From Auanema rhodensis (lineage: Eukaryota; Animalia; Nematoda), in contig OZ059896.1 in NCBI GenBank assembly GCA_964057225.1, forward strand, positions 10,044,001-10,108,000: a DNA stretch of 64,000 nucleotides, written 5' to 3'. The translations under genes were made by a program, and so were the position numbers. The notes beneath the pieces are model-generated. The model saw nothing but the letters and a program-made list of their open reading frames with translations. It ran no database searches and had not been told where the DNA came from. Below are positions 25,801-39,155 of this stretch, piece by piece (position 1 is the first letter of the stretch; each line of letters begins with the position of its first letter).

Positions 25801-28800
25801 CCAACGAAACCATTGCGTCAAAGTTTTGCATTTGATTTTGATGGTGCGAGAACAGAGTAAGCTTTCCTTTATATGTTTCTTTTTTATTTCAATTTTTTCA
25901 GAACTCGACAGATGCGAGTTTATCCCAATCCAACCGTTGATCAAATTACCGAAACTCGGTTTTACCGTCCGGGAGAAAACTCATTAACTATTAACGGCAA
26001 AGACTTTAATCTTGGAGCAACCGAGCGTGATATAAAAATCACAATCGGAGGTGTTGATTGCCCTTTAACAGCCTTAGCTAACAAAGTAGTGACTTGTCGT
26101 CCACCTATTTCCAAACCTCAAACTAATGGCGGTTCATCTCCTCAAATTGATGTCAAAATTGGCAGTTTAAAGTACGATTTTTCTTTTTTATTATTTCCAT
26201 AAAAATTGTTATTACAGTTTTACGGTTGGTGAACTCTCGTATGACTCACCTGGAATGCCATATGGAGCTATTGTACCGATAATGTTTCTAGTAGTTGGGC
26301 TTGTAGCTTTATTAATAATCTTGACCATATGCTATCGAAAGAATAGTAGTTCGCACAAGCGGCAAATGAAATTCTTAAAGAATCAAATGGATACTATTGA
26401 AATGAAAGTAGCTACAGAATGTAAAGAAGCTTTTGCGGAATTGCAAACTTCTCTCAATCAGTACACTGCTGATCTCCCTCTGGGAACTCCAGTAGTACCA
26501 TTTTTAGAGTATAAAGATTATTGTGCTAGAGTAAGATTATCTAATTTTAATTGATTCAAATATTATTTGTTTAGGTGTTATTCCCCAATAACCCACATAG
26601 CCATCCAGTCCTTCGCGAACTGGAAGTTGAAAGCAGTAGAGCTGGTGCTATCGAGGCTGGTCTTCGCGAATTCCACAAGTTACTGATGAATAAAACCTTC
26701 TTCTTAACAATGGTTCGAACGATGGAGAGTAACAAATATTTCCTCGGAAAGGATCGCGTATATGTTGGTTCACTTCTCATGGTTGTTCTGCAAGAAAAGA
26801 TGGGATATTGTACCGAAATGCTCAAACAACTTCTTCGGGAGTTAATTGAAAAAACTGTTGAGAAGAAGTTCCAACCAAAAATTCTGTTCCGCAGAAGTGA
26901 AAGTATTGCTGAGCGTATGCTGGCTGCCTGGTTTACTTTTCTCATGCATGACTATCTAAGAGTAAGTTACAATATTTCTTCAATGAATACTAATTATAAT
27001 GTATAGAATTATGCTGGAAAGCGACTGTACGACTTGTATTGGGGAATCAAACAGCAAATGGAGAAAGGACCTCAAGATGCTATTACTCTAGAAGCTCGCT
27101 ATTCTCTTTCCGAAGAGAAACTTCTTCGTGCAACATTTGAATATAGAGAATTAACCATATTCATAGCTAATGATGCTCTTACCTATTCTCATCCTGATTT
27201 ACCTGTGCGTGTTCTCGATTGTGATACAATCACTCAGGTAACATTTGTTTTGGTTCACAAAAGCAACTATATATTTACGTTATAGGTGAAAGAGAAATGC
27301 TTGGATGCCAAATACAGAACTGTTAGATATTCTGAAAGACCTTCAGCTGGTGATCTTGATTTAGAATGGAGAACTGGTGTTAATGGTCGTCAAGTATTAC
27401 AGGTTTTTTTGTATATCTCATTCTTATTACTAATTGTATATATTAGGATGTTGATAGCACTTCAAAGATAGAGCCTGGAGGCTGGAAGAAGTTTAATACC
27501 CTATCCCACTACAATGTTCCTAACAACGCTGTATTAATACTGACAGCTCGGCAAAATTCACTTTATAATCTGGTGAATTTCTCAGTCAATACTATGGTAA
27601 TTTCATGAACGACATTTTGCATGTTTTTTTCATGCTTGTATTTACTTAATTGCATGATGTCGTGTATGAAGTTATGTTTTTTTTTTGTTTCAAGATTGAA
27701 CAAGTATATTAATTTTAATTTTTTAATTTTAGTCTTTGCTCTCGGATCGAAGCGAAAAATCATCTTTGAGTTTGAAAAACAGTCCAACAATGAGTAGACC
27801 TTGGGGTGGAACCACAAGCAGTAGCAATTCTAAGGATGCTGAGATGGGATATAAGAGTTATCATTTGGTCAAACCAACAGAGCATGGCCCATCAGAGAGT
27901 CAAGAGAAAATGGTTACAGAAATTTATTTAACAAGGTATTTCTTTTATTAATAGCAACTTTTAAATCAAATGCTATGTTGTAGATTACTCATGATGAAAG
28001 GAACTCTTCAAAAGTTCATTAATGATCTTCTGGAAGCTATCTTCTCGACATCTCGCTCTGCTCCGCTTCCGGCTGCCATCAAGTACATGTTTGATTTCAT
28101 GGATGAACAGGCAACGGAACATGGTATTACTGATCCCGAAGTAGTTCATGCTTGGAAAAGTAATGCTTTGCCGTTGCGTTTTTGGGTCAATTTGATAAAG
28201 AACCCACACTTCCTTTTTGATATTCAAAAACCTACGAAGGTAAAATAATATTTTCATTAACAGGCTTTACTGAATAGTTTACAGGTGGAAGGTTGTTTAT
28301 CAGTTGTTGCTCAAACTCTCATGGATGCTTGCTCAACTCAAGATCACCAACTCACTAAAGATTCTCCATCTAGTAAATTATTATTTGCGAAGGATATGTA
28401 TCAATACAGAGATTGGGTTGACAGGTATGTCACATAGTGTGAAGTTATTATTCTCATGAATCAAATTTTAGTTACTACACGGAAATCTCAAGAATGCAAC
28501 CAATTTCTGACCAAGATATGAGTAATTTGCTTCTTGAAGAATCTCGTAGTCATCGCGGTCAATTCCATATTTATTCAGCTTTGAATGAACTTTATAAATA
28601 TTTAGATCAATATAAAGTACGTTCAGTATAATGCTAATATATTTTAAATTTGCTTTCTTGTAGGATTCTATAATGGAAGCACTGGAACAGAATGACCATG
28701 CTCAGGCTAGTAGACTTCCCGGAAGACTTCAGGATATGCTCGCTTTGATGGAACAAGACTGTGGTCGGACAGAGTACGATGGTTCCACATTGGGATTAGG

Positions 28801-28843
28801 ATACAATTCGAACAGTCGTTTAATGCCCAGAGAGCGAATGTAG
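19847..28843 (+). CDS. plx-1: Plexin (semaphorin receptor): Sema, PSI, IPT/TIG, TM and split GAP/RBD domains; many short introns
   Basis: Exon 1 is 19847-20038; exon 2 is 20203-20332 ([20 protein letters not shown]); exon 3 starts at 21699. PSI motifs ([17 protein letters not shown]), IPT repeats ([20 protein letters not shown]), [24 protein letters not shown], and GAP motifs FRRSES and [11 protein letters not shown] are present. The protein ends ...SRLMPRERM*. Confidence 0.95.
23263..23470 (+). ncRNA. Structured intronic element (long rod hairpin, possible pseudoknot) in plexin intron 23248-23501; class unknown
   Basis: Nested complementary arms: aaggaggagcact/agtgcccttcctt and gtcttcagttttggataatt/aattaccaactgaaagac. 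Loop 23337-47 is complementary to 23458-70. Confidence 0.45.
27597..27675 (+). ncRNA. Intronic 25-bp hairpin (pre-miRNA-like or splicing structure)
   Basis: 27597-27621 pairs with 27651-27675 at 23 of 25 positions, including 4 G-U pairs on the sense strand. Confidence 0.45.
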
Positions 28844-29841
28844 TGCCATAATTGACAAATATCTCAACTATATAATAGACACAGGGTAAATCCTAGTCGC
28901 TACGGGTATTTTCGCATTTTTATTTATATCATTTAATATGTATAGTGCCTCTGTGATTCGTATGTTTTCTTCGGGTAGTTCACACCAGTGATTCAATCTT
29001 TTCTAAGCTTCTACACGCCTAATAATTGCCATTTTTTATATTATGCTCGTCATGCTTCTTTCTTATTTAAGACTAAACTTATTCCTTCTTTTTCTTTCTC
29101 TCATCTTTGAGTCCAACCTGAAGTTGTTGTATTTTATGTTGTAATTTTGTTAATATATTGTATTTACGTTGCTGATTATATCACCAACAGATTGATAATA
29201 GGCTTTCAGATATATTATAAACATTCCTATACAATATAAGTTTTGTTCTTAGTAAAATTATCACAGCCAAGAAGTAATTAACGGAGAACTGCATACAAAA
29301 CATGTACATACAATCACTCGGTTGTTTTAAGCATTTAAAAAAATCTATAAATACATGAGGAAGGGTCGAATAACAGATCAGAACAATATAAAATCACAAC
29401 AAAAGCGACAAAAATGCTGGCTGACTGAGCTACAAAGCTGCAGATTCACTCATTAGGCTGAATATTCTTTTATTTTTGACCGGTAGTTGTTAAAAAGCTC
29501 CGCAGTTTCGAACAAATAGTATTCATAAGGACTAGATCAAATCTAGATCATGATTAGAGTTTTCGAGTTTGGAAAATGTAGAACAATCAGACTATCAAAT
29601 GCTAATCAATAGAATCTTTTGAAAATCTATAAGACTATATCAATTCTAAAAAAATGAATAACACACAGAAATACATATAAAGAATTTCAAATTTTAAGGA
29701 AATGCCCCTGCTTCTGAGAAAAAAAAAGGCTAGAAATAGTTGAACTTTGCGGAGCCAACACGTATGTAAGTGATTTCGGGATTAGGCTCAATGGAAGTTT
29801 TCCCTGATTTTACTGTTTAAATAATACTCCAGCTATGAAAG

Positions 29842-32792
29842 TTATAAAACTGTATTACTACGCTTCTTTCTCTCATCATGTACTGCATGAAGTTTGAATA
29901 ATAATTCACCAAGTTTATCAACTTCGTGAACATTATCAACCTATAATGGATATTTCAATAAGATTTCTCAACCGTATATAAACTTACAAGCCATAACAAA
30001 CTTGTCCAGATCATGTCCATTAGTTTCCCATCGTCAATTTGATCAATTCTTACATTGATTCCCTTAAAAAAATTCATATTATGCCTGTTTCATACACAGA
30101 AGGAACAAATTATTAATTGAATTTTAATCTTTTAAAATATAAATATAATCTCTCTCAATTTATATAATTCAAATTCCCACCTTAGGACTAATTCTCACGA
30201 AAGGAATATTATAAGCTAGGCATCTTTCTTGCGCCATTTCAACAGCTGTTAAATCTTGGCCAACAACCTGAAGAAAAATTAATGATTTTACAATAAAAAA
30301 TATAAGAAAACCTATTAATTAAGATTGGGAGATGATTGACAAGAAAAAAGATGTATAAAGCTTAAATACATACCTGCTCTAAAATTAATGTACTGAGATG
30401 AGTAATGTTCTTGGCTTTTGATTTCCAAGTTGTACCACTCTTGTACTTTCGTTCAGAAGATTCAGGTTCACCCGTACCGATTGATACAACTCCAGCAAGT
30501 GTAATAGGATTTTTATGCTTTGTAAAAGAATCAAATTCCTAAAATATACACAAGGTTTAACAAAAAAACGAAGAGAAAAACTCACTTTAAATAGAATATT
30601 TAGTGGATAATTAGCGACAAATGATCCATCAACATATTTTTTTTCGTTGTAAATGAATGGCTCAAAATATGTTGGAGCTGCACTGAAATTCAAACCCTTC
30701 AGTTAACTTTTTGAACTTTAGACATGATATTCTTGTAATTCACCTGCTAGCACGAGCTGCATCACGGAAAAAAATGTCTTGCTCTTCACTCAAAGCATAG
30801 CCAAAAGGCATAACAAATGAATAATTCCTAAAAAATAAGGACTTATACAATTAAAAGAAATATGAAGATATTTACCTAAAGATATGTAATTTTGCAGGTT
30901 GCTTAGATATATCTAATGCAGGCACAGTCAAACGGCGGCTACAACCATGGAAAGTTTCAGACGGGAAACATTCAGATAGCACAGTTTCAATATTCTTTGT
31001 TTGAATTGTAACCTATAATATGATAGATTATCCTAATTAAACAGGAATTTCCGGAAACATACTTGATCGCCGAGAAGACGAGACATGGTAGAACCCTCAA
31101 GAAATATTTGACGTTTCATTTCCCAATACAAATAAAAACATTCACTAAGTGTTAATCCTTTTGCTGTTGATAAAGCTAACATAGAACCCGTACTAGAAAA
31201 GAAAATAACTATTAAACTTGACATGTTTTGAAAGAAATCTTACCTGGTGCCAATAAACCAGTCGAAGTAATTAACCAAAGATTCATCACCCAAGATTCGT
31301 CTAGAGGAAAATATGAGGCAGACCTAGAAAATAAATATTTAACAATTTCTTATAACAACAGTCTTATTTGTTTGAATTATTTTATGATTGAAATCAAACT
31401 TATAAACTCACCACAGACACAAGTCCTCTCATTCCACCTCCATCCAAGCATAAAGGCAATAAACCCAATCTACTTGATTTCTTTCCTCCACGAGGAATTT
31501 GAATTGGTGTCTGAAATCAAGATATCATATACTTCTTCTCTTAACACTAGTTCCAGATATCATTTTAACTAATTTCCAAATGTAAATTAAAGAAAGCTGA
31601 GCAATATGGTACGGAAAGACAGATGTTCTGATGATTTTTTTCTTTTTTTTCCCTTCTCACTATTTAACACATGTTGCATTATTGTTTTTCTGTCTGAACA
31701 TAAAGACAGAAGAAAACTTTGATTATTTCTGAAAAAGAAAACAAAACAAAAGACATCCTTAAGACAATTTATAGTTTTCTATTTTACTTTTTCCTCTCTA
31801 ACTTCCACTTCTTTAACTATACATAATCAATGAAAATTTACCTGTTCAAACATATTTTCATAAATCACAATGGCATGGTGTAGAAAATCTTCAAATTTTA
31901 TTTTGCAATCTTTGCAAATACTACATGTTTCTGTTCGATCTTTCAGTGTTTGAACCCCATAGTCATTTTCATACAGGCTTGTTGGGTCAGCTCCTAAAAA
32001 CGTAGGTTTTCAATAAATAATTTATGAAAAAAAAAGTAAAAAGGTTTTGAAACTGAAGAGCTCTCATATAAAAAAAAGGCCAAACCTAGTGTCAACAATA
32101 ATCGAGCTTCAGTAATTGTAGATTGAGGAGAAGCCCAAACATCTCGTAACTTTGTTGACATCTGAAATATATATTCTGCTTGTTTTATTCATATGTTGAA
32201 GCTTTCAATAAAATTTTATTCAGAATTAAGAATGTATCTCAATATTTTCTTATCTTCAATTAAAATATTCTATTCTTCTATTTTTCTAATCCATTGTAAG
32301 TTTTATCAATATTCACTTAATACTGTCATTGTAAGAAAAAAAAGACAGAAAAACGATAACATGAATATCAAACTGCATATCTATGATCATTCATAGTTTG
32401 ATTTTTGGTATAATACATCAAAAATTAGAGTAAAAAATAAGGAAAATGAATGAATATACATCTGTTGAATTACATTAAAAACTTAATTAACTTAAAGCTG
32501 TTCAACTTGTAATATATCTATGAAATTACGTTATTGAGTCTGAGAAATACAAGAAAATGATATCTTCCAATTTTTCTTCAAAGATTTTTTTAAAAAATAA
32601 CCTGCTGACAGGTGGCCGTTTTAAGAAAACTCATGAGATTATCGACCCTCTCTTGCTGTTTGTTGGCACTCAGCTTGTGAGCACAACGGGTCGGCGCCAT
32701 ACCAAAGCCTAAAATCATTATATAAACAAGTAAATTTAATGAGAAAAAAAAGAAACATTGATATAACCGAAAAGCTGGAACACAACTTTCAT
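29842..32792 (-). CDS. Patatin-domain calcium-independent phospholipase A2-like protein, multi-exon
   Basis: LCLDGGGMRG glycine loop, FDWFIGTSTG nucleophile elbow (split by an intron), APTYF and YVDGSFVANYP; ends ...RKKRSNTVL*. The start is either 32792 (MKVVFQLFGFG) or the in-frame ATG at 32700 (MAPTRC). Confidence 0.88.
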
Positions 32793-35700
32793 AAAGACTT
32801 CACATTGGAGGAGAAAAAATAGGGAAATCGTAATTTTATCAAGAAAAAGTTATAGAACGTTATCATGTAATATAGTGATATGCTGAAGAAAAAAGCTATT
32901 CATATCAAAGAAAATAGTCATCAAGTTGAAAATAAATACGAGTATCAAGAAAAGTTATATTATTCATATTTTAAAAATAATTTCTGATGAAGTTTTCTAA
33001 TAAAATTATTAAGTGAAAAATAGATGAAAAAAAGATATGAATAAACTGAAGAATAGCATGAATAACAACAAATAAATATATTTAAAATTAAAAATATCAA
33101 TAAAATAATAATTAATTGTGATGAAGTTATAATATGCTCATAAGCACAGTTATACAGCAGAATTATTTTCATTTGGCTATTGACAATATGAAAATCCGAC
33201 AAAAAAACCGTTAGTCGATATCGAAATCAAATAAAAAACTTTTACTATATTAATTCAGCTTGAAGAAAGATAAAGCTTGAGCACTTGAAGGACAAAGCAA
33301 TGGGCCGGGAGAAAAATCAGAGAAAGAATTGAAAGGAAGAGGTTAGGGGAGGAGATTGCTTTGGAGCTGGGCAGACAGAGAGACGGATCGACGAAAGGAG
33401 ATACAAAGAGTGAGAGAAATTGATGAAACTGAAAGAGATGGAGAGAATGAGACGGAAAAATTGAAAAAAAAGTAGTAATCTACTAGAGAAGAAGCTGTAG
33501 AAATAGAGATGAAGAACAGCAATGTTCCCTTTTCATTTTTTTGACTTCCTTTAGCTTTCCTACTTTTTATCCCCTACTCTCTCTTTCTTTCTCTCTCTCT
33601 CTCTTACTCTCTCTCCATCTCTGATTCCATTCAATTTGCAGACCAAGTCTGCGACAGCTGATTTGACCAGGAAACAAACTGCTACTGTTCGTCGTTCCAT
33701 CTTTTTATTAAATTTCAAGAAAATGAAGAGAAGAATGAAATTACATGAGTTCAAATGAGCAAAAAAAAGGTTTGGGCTGAAAGGCTATTCAATAAAGTTT
33801 GGCGACAAATTACCGTCAATTGGCGATTCAATACGCCAGAGCATGACTTGAGTAAATTTATGTTTCTTTTTTTTCAAAGTTTTTTGTTTTTTTTTATTGG
33901 AAAATTGAAAGGCAATTCTAGTTTTTGAAAGCTTTTTCAGCACGTGGCATCAAATTAGTTCTCGTTATATTTCCCGAAAGAGTGAACGTTAGAGGATTGA
34001 GAGTAAGAAGAAGCGATAGAAGACAGAAGAAGAAATAGTGATAAGATAAGATTCACAATCAGTAAGAAAACAGTTTTGTCTATTATCGCAAATACATATA
34101 TGTATGTGTGAGTGTGTGTGTGTGCGTGTAGATAGACAGATATACATATGTGTATATAGATAGCTAGATAGATAGATATACATGCTCATCTGGAATATAG
34201 TAATATAGCATATGAATTGTAAAAAAATATATAAGCAAAATTGAAGACAAAAGAGAATATCTGATAATAATTTCAGTTTTTTTTTAAATTTATGTTTAAT
34301 AGATCTATGAAATGTTGTTTTTCGTTCTTCATTTAGTTTGTCGTCTTCAATTCTATCTGAATTTAGAATGTTCTTATGTCAAACTATTTGTGTATGTGTG
34401 TCAACCTATTACTAAACGTATATATCTGTTTTCATTGATTTTTTAATTATTTAACTAAGTAATGAGATTTAACTGTTAATAAACAATAATATTATGAATC
34501 AATATTCATAAAAGTGTTAAAAGTTAAGATGAGAAGTAAAAAAAGAGGCAGAGGGATACATACAAATGAAAAATGTTCCCAAAATCTAAGTAAAAAATGA
34601 AATAAAAATAGATAGATAGATAGATGGATGAATGAATGAGTAGAGGAAGAATGAGAGCGAATAAGAGAAGGATCAAAAGGTGAACGAGACTATGTATAAA
34701 GGCAATCATCATCATGATCGCAATGGTATTGAAACCTATGCCAATCATTCCTGTTTGAACTTTTTTCAATGTGATCTTAACAAATAAAAATCACTAGAAA
34801 TATGCTTTTACTCATAAATCCTATGAAAGATAAAAAAAAACGTTTGTGAGTCAGAGAATGAAGATAAACTTGTGCTTCAATCATCTTCAAGCCACTCCTT
34901 ACTCAGCATATCTATCATATGTATTTAGACAGAAATGTAAATAAACTTGTCACTAAACGACCTCAGTTTTCCAACATTCAACGATAGAGATGGTATATGT
35001 TTGCTTCATATTCGTTTTAGAATGGAAAAAAAACGTGTGGGTTTCGAAAAAAAAAGATAAAAAGATACATGAAATATGGTTTCAGTAGTATAAGTTTGGG
35101 GGTCAATAACGCAATTTTAGAATGAAATCTACAAGAATTCTTTTCTTTTCAAACAAAAAACGAAGAAGGTATTGAAATATATTCAAAGCAGTTGTTCTTT
35201 AGTCTATTCACACCTTTAAAAAAATATTTTTTTCTCGGGGTAAACGTCATAAGTGGATAGATAAAGATGCTCAACAGATTTCAATAAGTGATGGATGGAA
35301 AGACTAGACGGTCAATTGCTCACACACTATGCAGTGAAGCGATTTAGAAAACGAACATCATCAAATCAAAATATATGAAAATGAGACCGCCAAAGAATAT
35401 TTTATATAATCAACAAGAAATAAAAATTATATTTTATCTTCTTTATATAATAAACCTTTAACTAGCTGTTTGAAATTATATGTAAAAGTATGATAAGGTA
35501 GTAAACACACGAATCTCTAAGAACACGATAGAGGACATAGATTATATATGCTATGCTATGCTATGATTTTTTTTTTCCAAAATGATCAACGAAACTAAAA
35601 CAAAACACTCCTAAACTGTTCTTTATGCACAAAATATTCTTCCAAGCGATAAACTTTTGGAACAAAACTTTTTTTTCAACAACAACAACAACAAAAAAAA

Positions 35701-37312
35701 AGAAGAAAACCATAGGAAAATAAACATTATTATTATTATTTAGAATAATAATCATTAAAATTGATACAATGATATGGGTTTAATCTTCTTTTTTTTTCGA
35801 AAAACTATGGAAAAATAAATAAAACAAATAAAACAAATATATTTATATTATATTATATTAAAAATATAATGATAAATGATAAATGATATTCTAAATTAAA
35901 CGTATTTTTCTAAAAAAAAAAATGGGCATATATACACACATAATTGATTGGATGCATTTCAGAGGCCCTTAGGGAGAGTAAAAAGGGGTTAAAAGGGAAA
36001 GAGATATGAGATAGAAAATGAGAGAAAGGAGGAAAAGACAGAGCAAAATTGAATTGATGCATATAAACTATATCTATATAGTTTTCCAGTTCTTTATATA
36101 TATTATTTAAATTAAAAAGAGATTGTTCTCTGAAGAAATACCTGATTGCATCCCATACCTGTCAAAAGCACTTTGATCTCGGGTCTATCAGGAAGAAATC
36201 AATACTATAGTCTTATTAATATAATATATGTTCAATAAAGTTTTGAATTTCTTAACAATATAACAATTAAAAGAACTATAATAAATAAAATATTAAAAAA
36301 AAAAAATAAATTAATTAAACTTTTCTTTGTTATTTTAAATTAAAAAAATAAAGTTCAACTTATAGTTTTGTAGGAATAAAATAATTTCTTATAGAATAAT
36401 ATCATAGATTTGAGAAGTAAGAAACATTCCTTATTGGAGAAAAGTATATGAAATAACTTTTTTCTTTTTGGAATTTTGAACTTTTTCTACAATCTTTACA
36501 CAATTATATATAATATATCATTCTATATGTACATATAAGTTCAAAATATGTATTAAAATCGATTTAATCATTTCTTACACTAATATTATCATTTAATATT
36601 AATATATAAAAAAATTATTTTGTTATAAGAAAATGATAGAAATCATAATTGCGTTAATGAATTGAAATTAAGAACATTATTAGTTCTTATTAGTCTTATT
36701 ATTATCTTTGAATTGAAGTTAACAAGTATATACATATATGTATATGATTAAAACTTTCTATTTTTCTTTTTATCAAAAGATTTGTTCAAATATATTTTAT
36801 GACGAATAATAATATTTTGAAAAGAAAAAAAAATTATATATATATTATATAATAGCTTACATCAATAGAGTCAGATATACATTCATAGTATGACGACAAT
36901 TATGATATAAGGCTTCCATTTTAGAATATACTTATAGCTTTATATATATATAATATATATAAAATATATATATATGCCAAGCTTAAGTTGATAAAAAAAA
37001 TTTAATTTAATAGTAAATATAATAGAAAAGAATGTCTTGCCATATTTACGTATAAAATGAAAAATATATGTATATTCGATAAACTTATTGGTTTCCAAAA
37101 AAACATAATATTTCGTCATCAATACTAATATGAAAACAAATTAACGAAATTGAGCTTCGATTTTTTAACTTATTCAAAATCTTTCTTTTATTTTTATTTA
37201 CTTATGTTAAGCTTCTAAAACAACAAATATTGATTCTACTCATATTTCGCTATTGGAAGATTCATTACTATACCTGTCTCTTTTGGAGTGTGACAATCGG
37301 ATGAATAGCTAA

Positions 37313-37316
<4 letters not shown>

Positions 37317-37376
<60 letters not shown>
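37317..37376. repeat. (AT)30 microsatellite
   Basis: Pure AT dinucleotide run. Confidence 0.97.
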
Positions 37377-37379
<3 letters not shown>

Positions 37380-39084
37380 TATGCATACATAATACATATA
37401 GTCAACTAAATTCAATATCTTAAAGTTTTGACCACCTTAAAGAATTTGTAACGTATGTGTGTGTGTGTGTGTGTGTATATGTTTTCGTCTAACATGGTTT
37501 TTTTCTACATCTTCTAACTTATATATTCAAAACAGGATGTTAAATCACTATACGAATAAGTTGAACAATGTCAATTACTTTTAATTTAAAATAAAAATTT
37601 TATACATGTGACATGAAGATTTTCTTTCTTTTTTTTTTCCATAAAATTATTCATACATATTCAATGTTTTTGAAATAATTTCATTTTTTTTTTGAATCAA
37701 AAGTTGTTATAGTTCGCAGCACTTATTGGCCATTTAGTACCTAAGCTTTCAGAAACAGACGAAAGTCCCAACGGGGATTAGAAGATGAATACGAGAAGAC
37801 AAGCCATTGACTGGCAACCACTGTCCTCACTCATTACGACTCCAAAAATGGTTGTAGAAGAAGGAAAAATAAGAAAAAGCTATACATATAGTAAAAAGAA
37901 AGATGTGACTATGCTATGAATGCGAATATCAATGACAACCTCAATCGGCAAAAAAAAAAGAAAGAAAAAGATTTATAATCAGCTTGATTTATCGGCAATT
38001 ATATATGTCTGAAATATGTTGAAATATAGCAAAGTATGCAAAAACGTATAGATAATCAAATTGATTATAATCCATGAAATATAAGAATTTTGCTGGTAAT
38101 AGGACGTTGAGTGCTCAGCAAAGTGACATCTTATGTTCAGTTTAGGGCTTTCAAAATTTATCTTCCATGACCATGCATACGATTATAAGCTACTGCTGTC
38201 TCAGTCTACATATACGTTTTCCAAATAAGAGCGATTACATTTTGTGTAATTATTGAATAAATATTGTTTCATATTCAAAAAGAAAAATATGAAGTACTAT
38301 AGTAAATCGATATATTCAGTTGATATATTCCAAAAAATAATAAAAAAAGCATTATATTCTATTATAATATAAAGTAAAATAAATATTATCAATGTAACTA
38401 ACTAAGAAATTTTGTAAAAGTAGAAAAGTAAAAGGAAAGATGAGATAGGAATGAGCTGTCTTCATGAGATTTTCTGCCGCCTAAAAAAGCAGAGGAGAAT
38501 ACGAGAGACAGAGGTAGAGATGAATGAGTGAGAGGGAAGATCGACAGGAGAAAAAGAAAGAAAAAAGAGAGAAAGAGAGTCACAGATGTAGAAAAAAGAA
38601 GATGATAGAAAGAGGGACGAATAGAGAAAGTGAGAGAAGTATAGAAAAAAAGACAGAGAGATGAACTGAATGCGAGAATGAGAAAAAGAAGAAGAAGAAG
38701 AAGAACGAATGGAAGCTGAAGAGAAAGAGAGAAGGGGGGGGGGGGGAGAGAATGGCATAGAATCGATTGCCCATGTTGGGGCCATGTCTCTCTAATGCTC
38801 AAGCTGCTTGCTATATTCTGATTGGAATCCGTTAAATTTGCCAAATATTGCGAACCAATTTTCACGAAAAAAATCTGAGCAGTGTTGTCCTCTCCAAGCT
38901 CATGCTTTGACAACTCGAATAAATCTGTTTTATAGTTTTATAGATTTTATTTATTTGAGTCATGCCTTTTCCATTTAAAGAATTATTTATTAGTCGCATC
39001 TAAAGTCAAACAAAAAATATTATCTAATCAAGGTTATATGTAAAGAGTTCTACTGTTAAACGACTTTCTTAGACAAGGTAACAA

Positions 39085-39155
39085 GCATCGGTGGTTCAGT
39101 GGTAGAATGCTCGCCTGCCACGCGGGCGACCCGGGTTCGATTCCCGGCCGATGCA
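39085..39155 (+). tRNA. tRNA-Gly (GCC)
   Basis: GCATCGGTGGTTCAGTGGTAGAATGCTCGCCTGCCACGCGGGCGACCCGGGTTCGATTCCCGGCCGATGCA: intact cloverleaf with A/B boxes and a T5 terminator at 39162-39166. Confidence 0.98.

Noticed and set aside
4726-30092. CTGTTTCA piRNA (Ruby) motifs near 4726, 11309 and 30085
   Set aside because: Too sparse for a piRNA cluster and consistent with chance.
31611-31729. Extra iPLA2 exon (NNQSFLLSLCSDRK...)
   Set aside because: Phases are incompatible; the flanking exons join directly in phase 0 (...MFEQ|TPIQ...).
5388-33457. ATGAGACGGAA occurring three times (about 5388, 8007, 33447)
   Set aside because: A few triple 11-mers are expected by chance in 64 kb of biased sequence.
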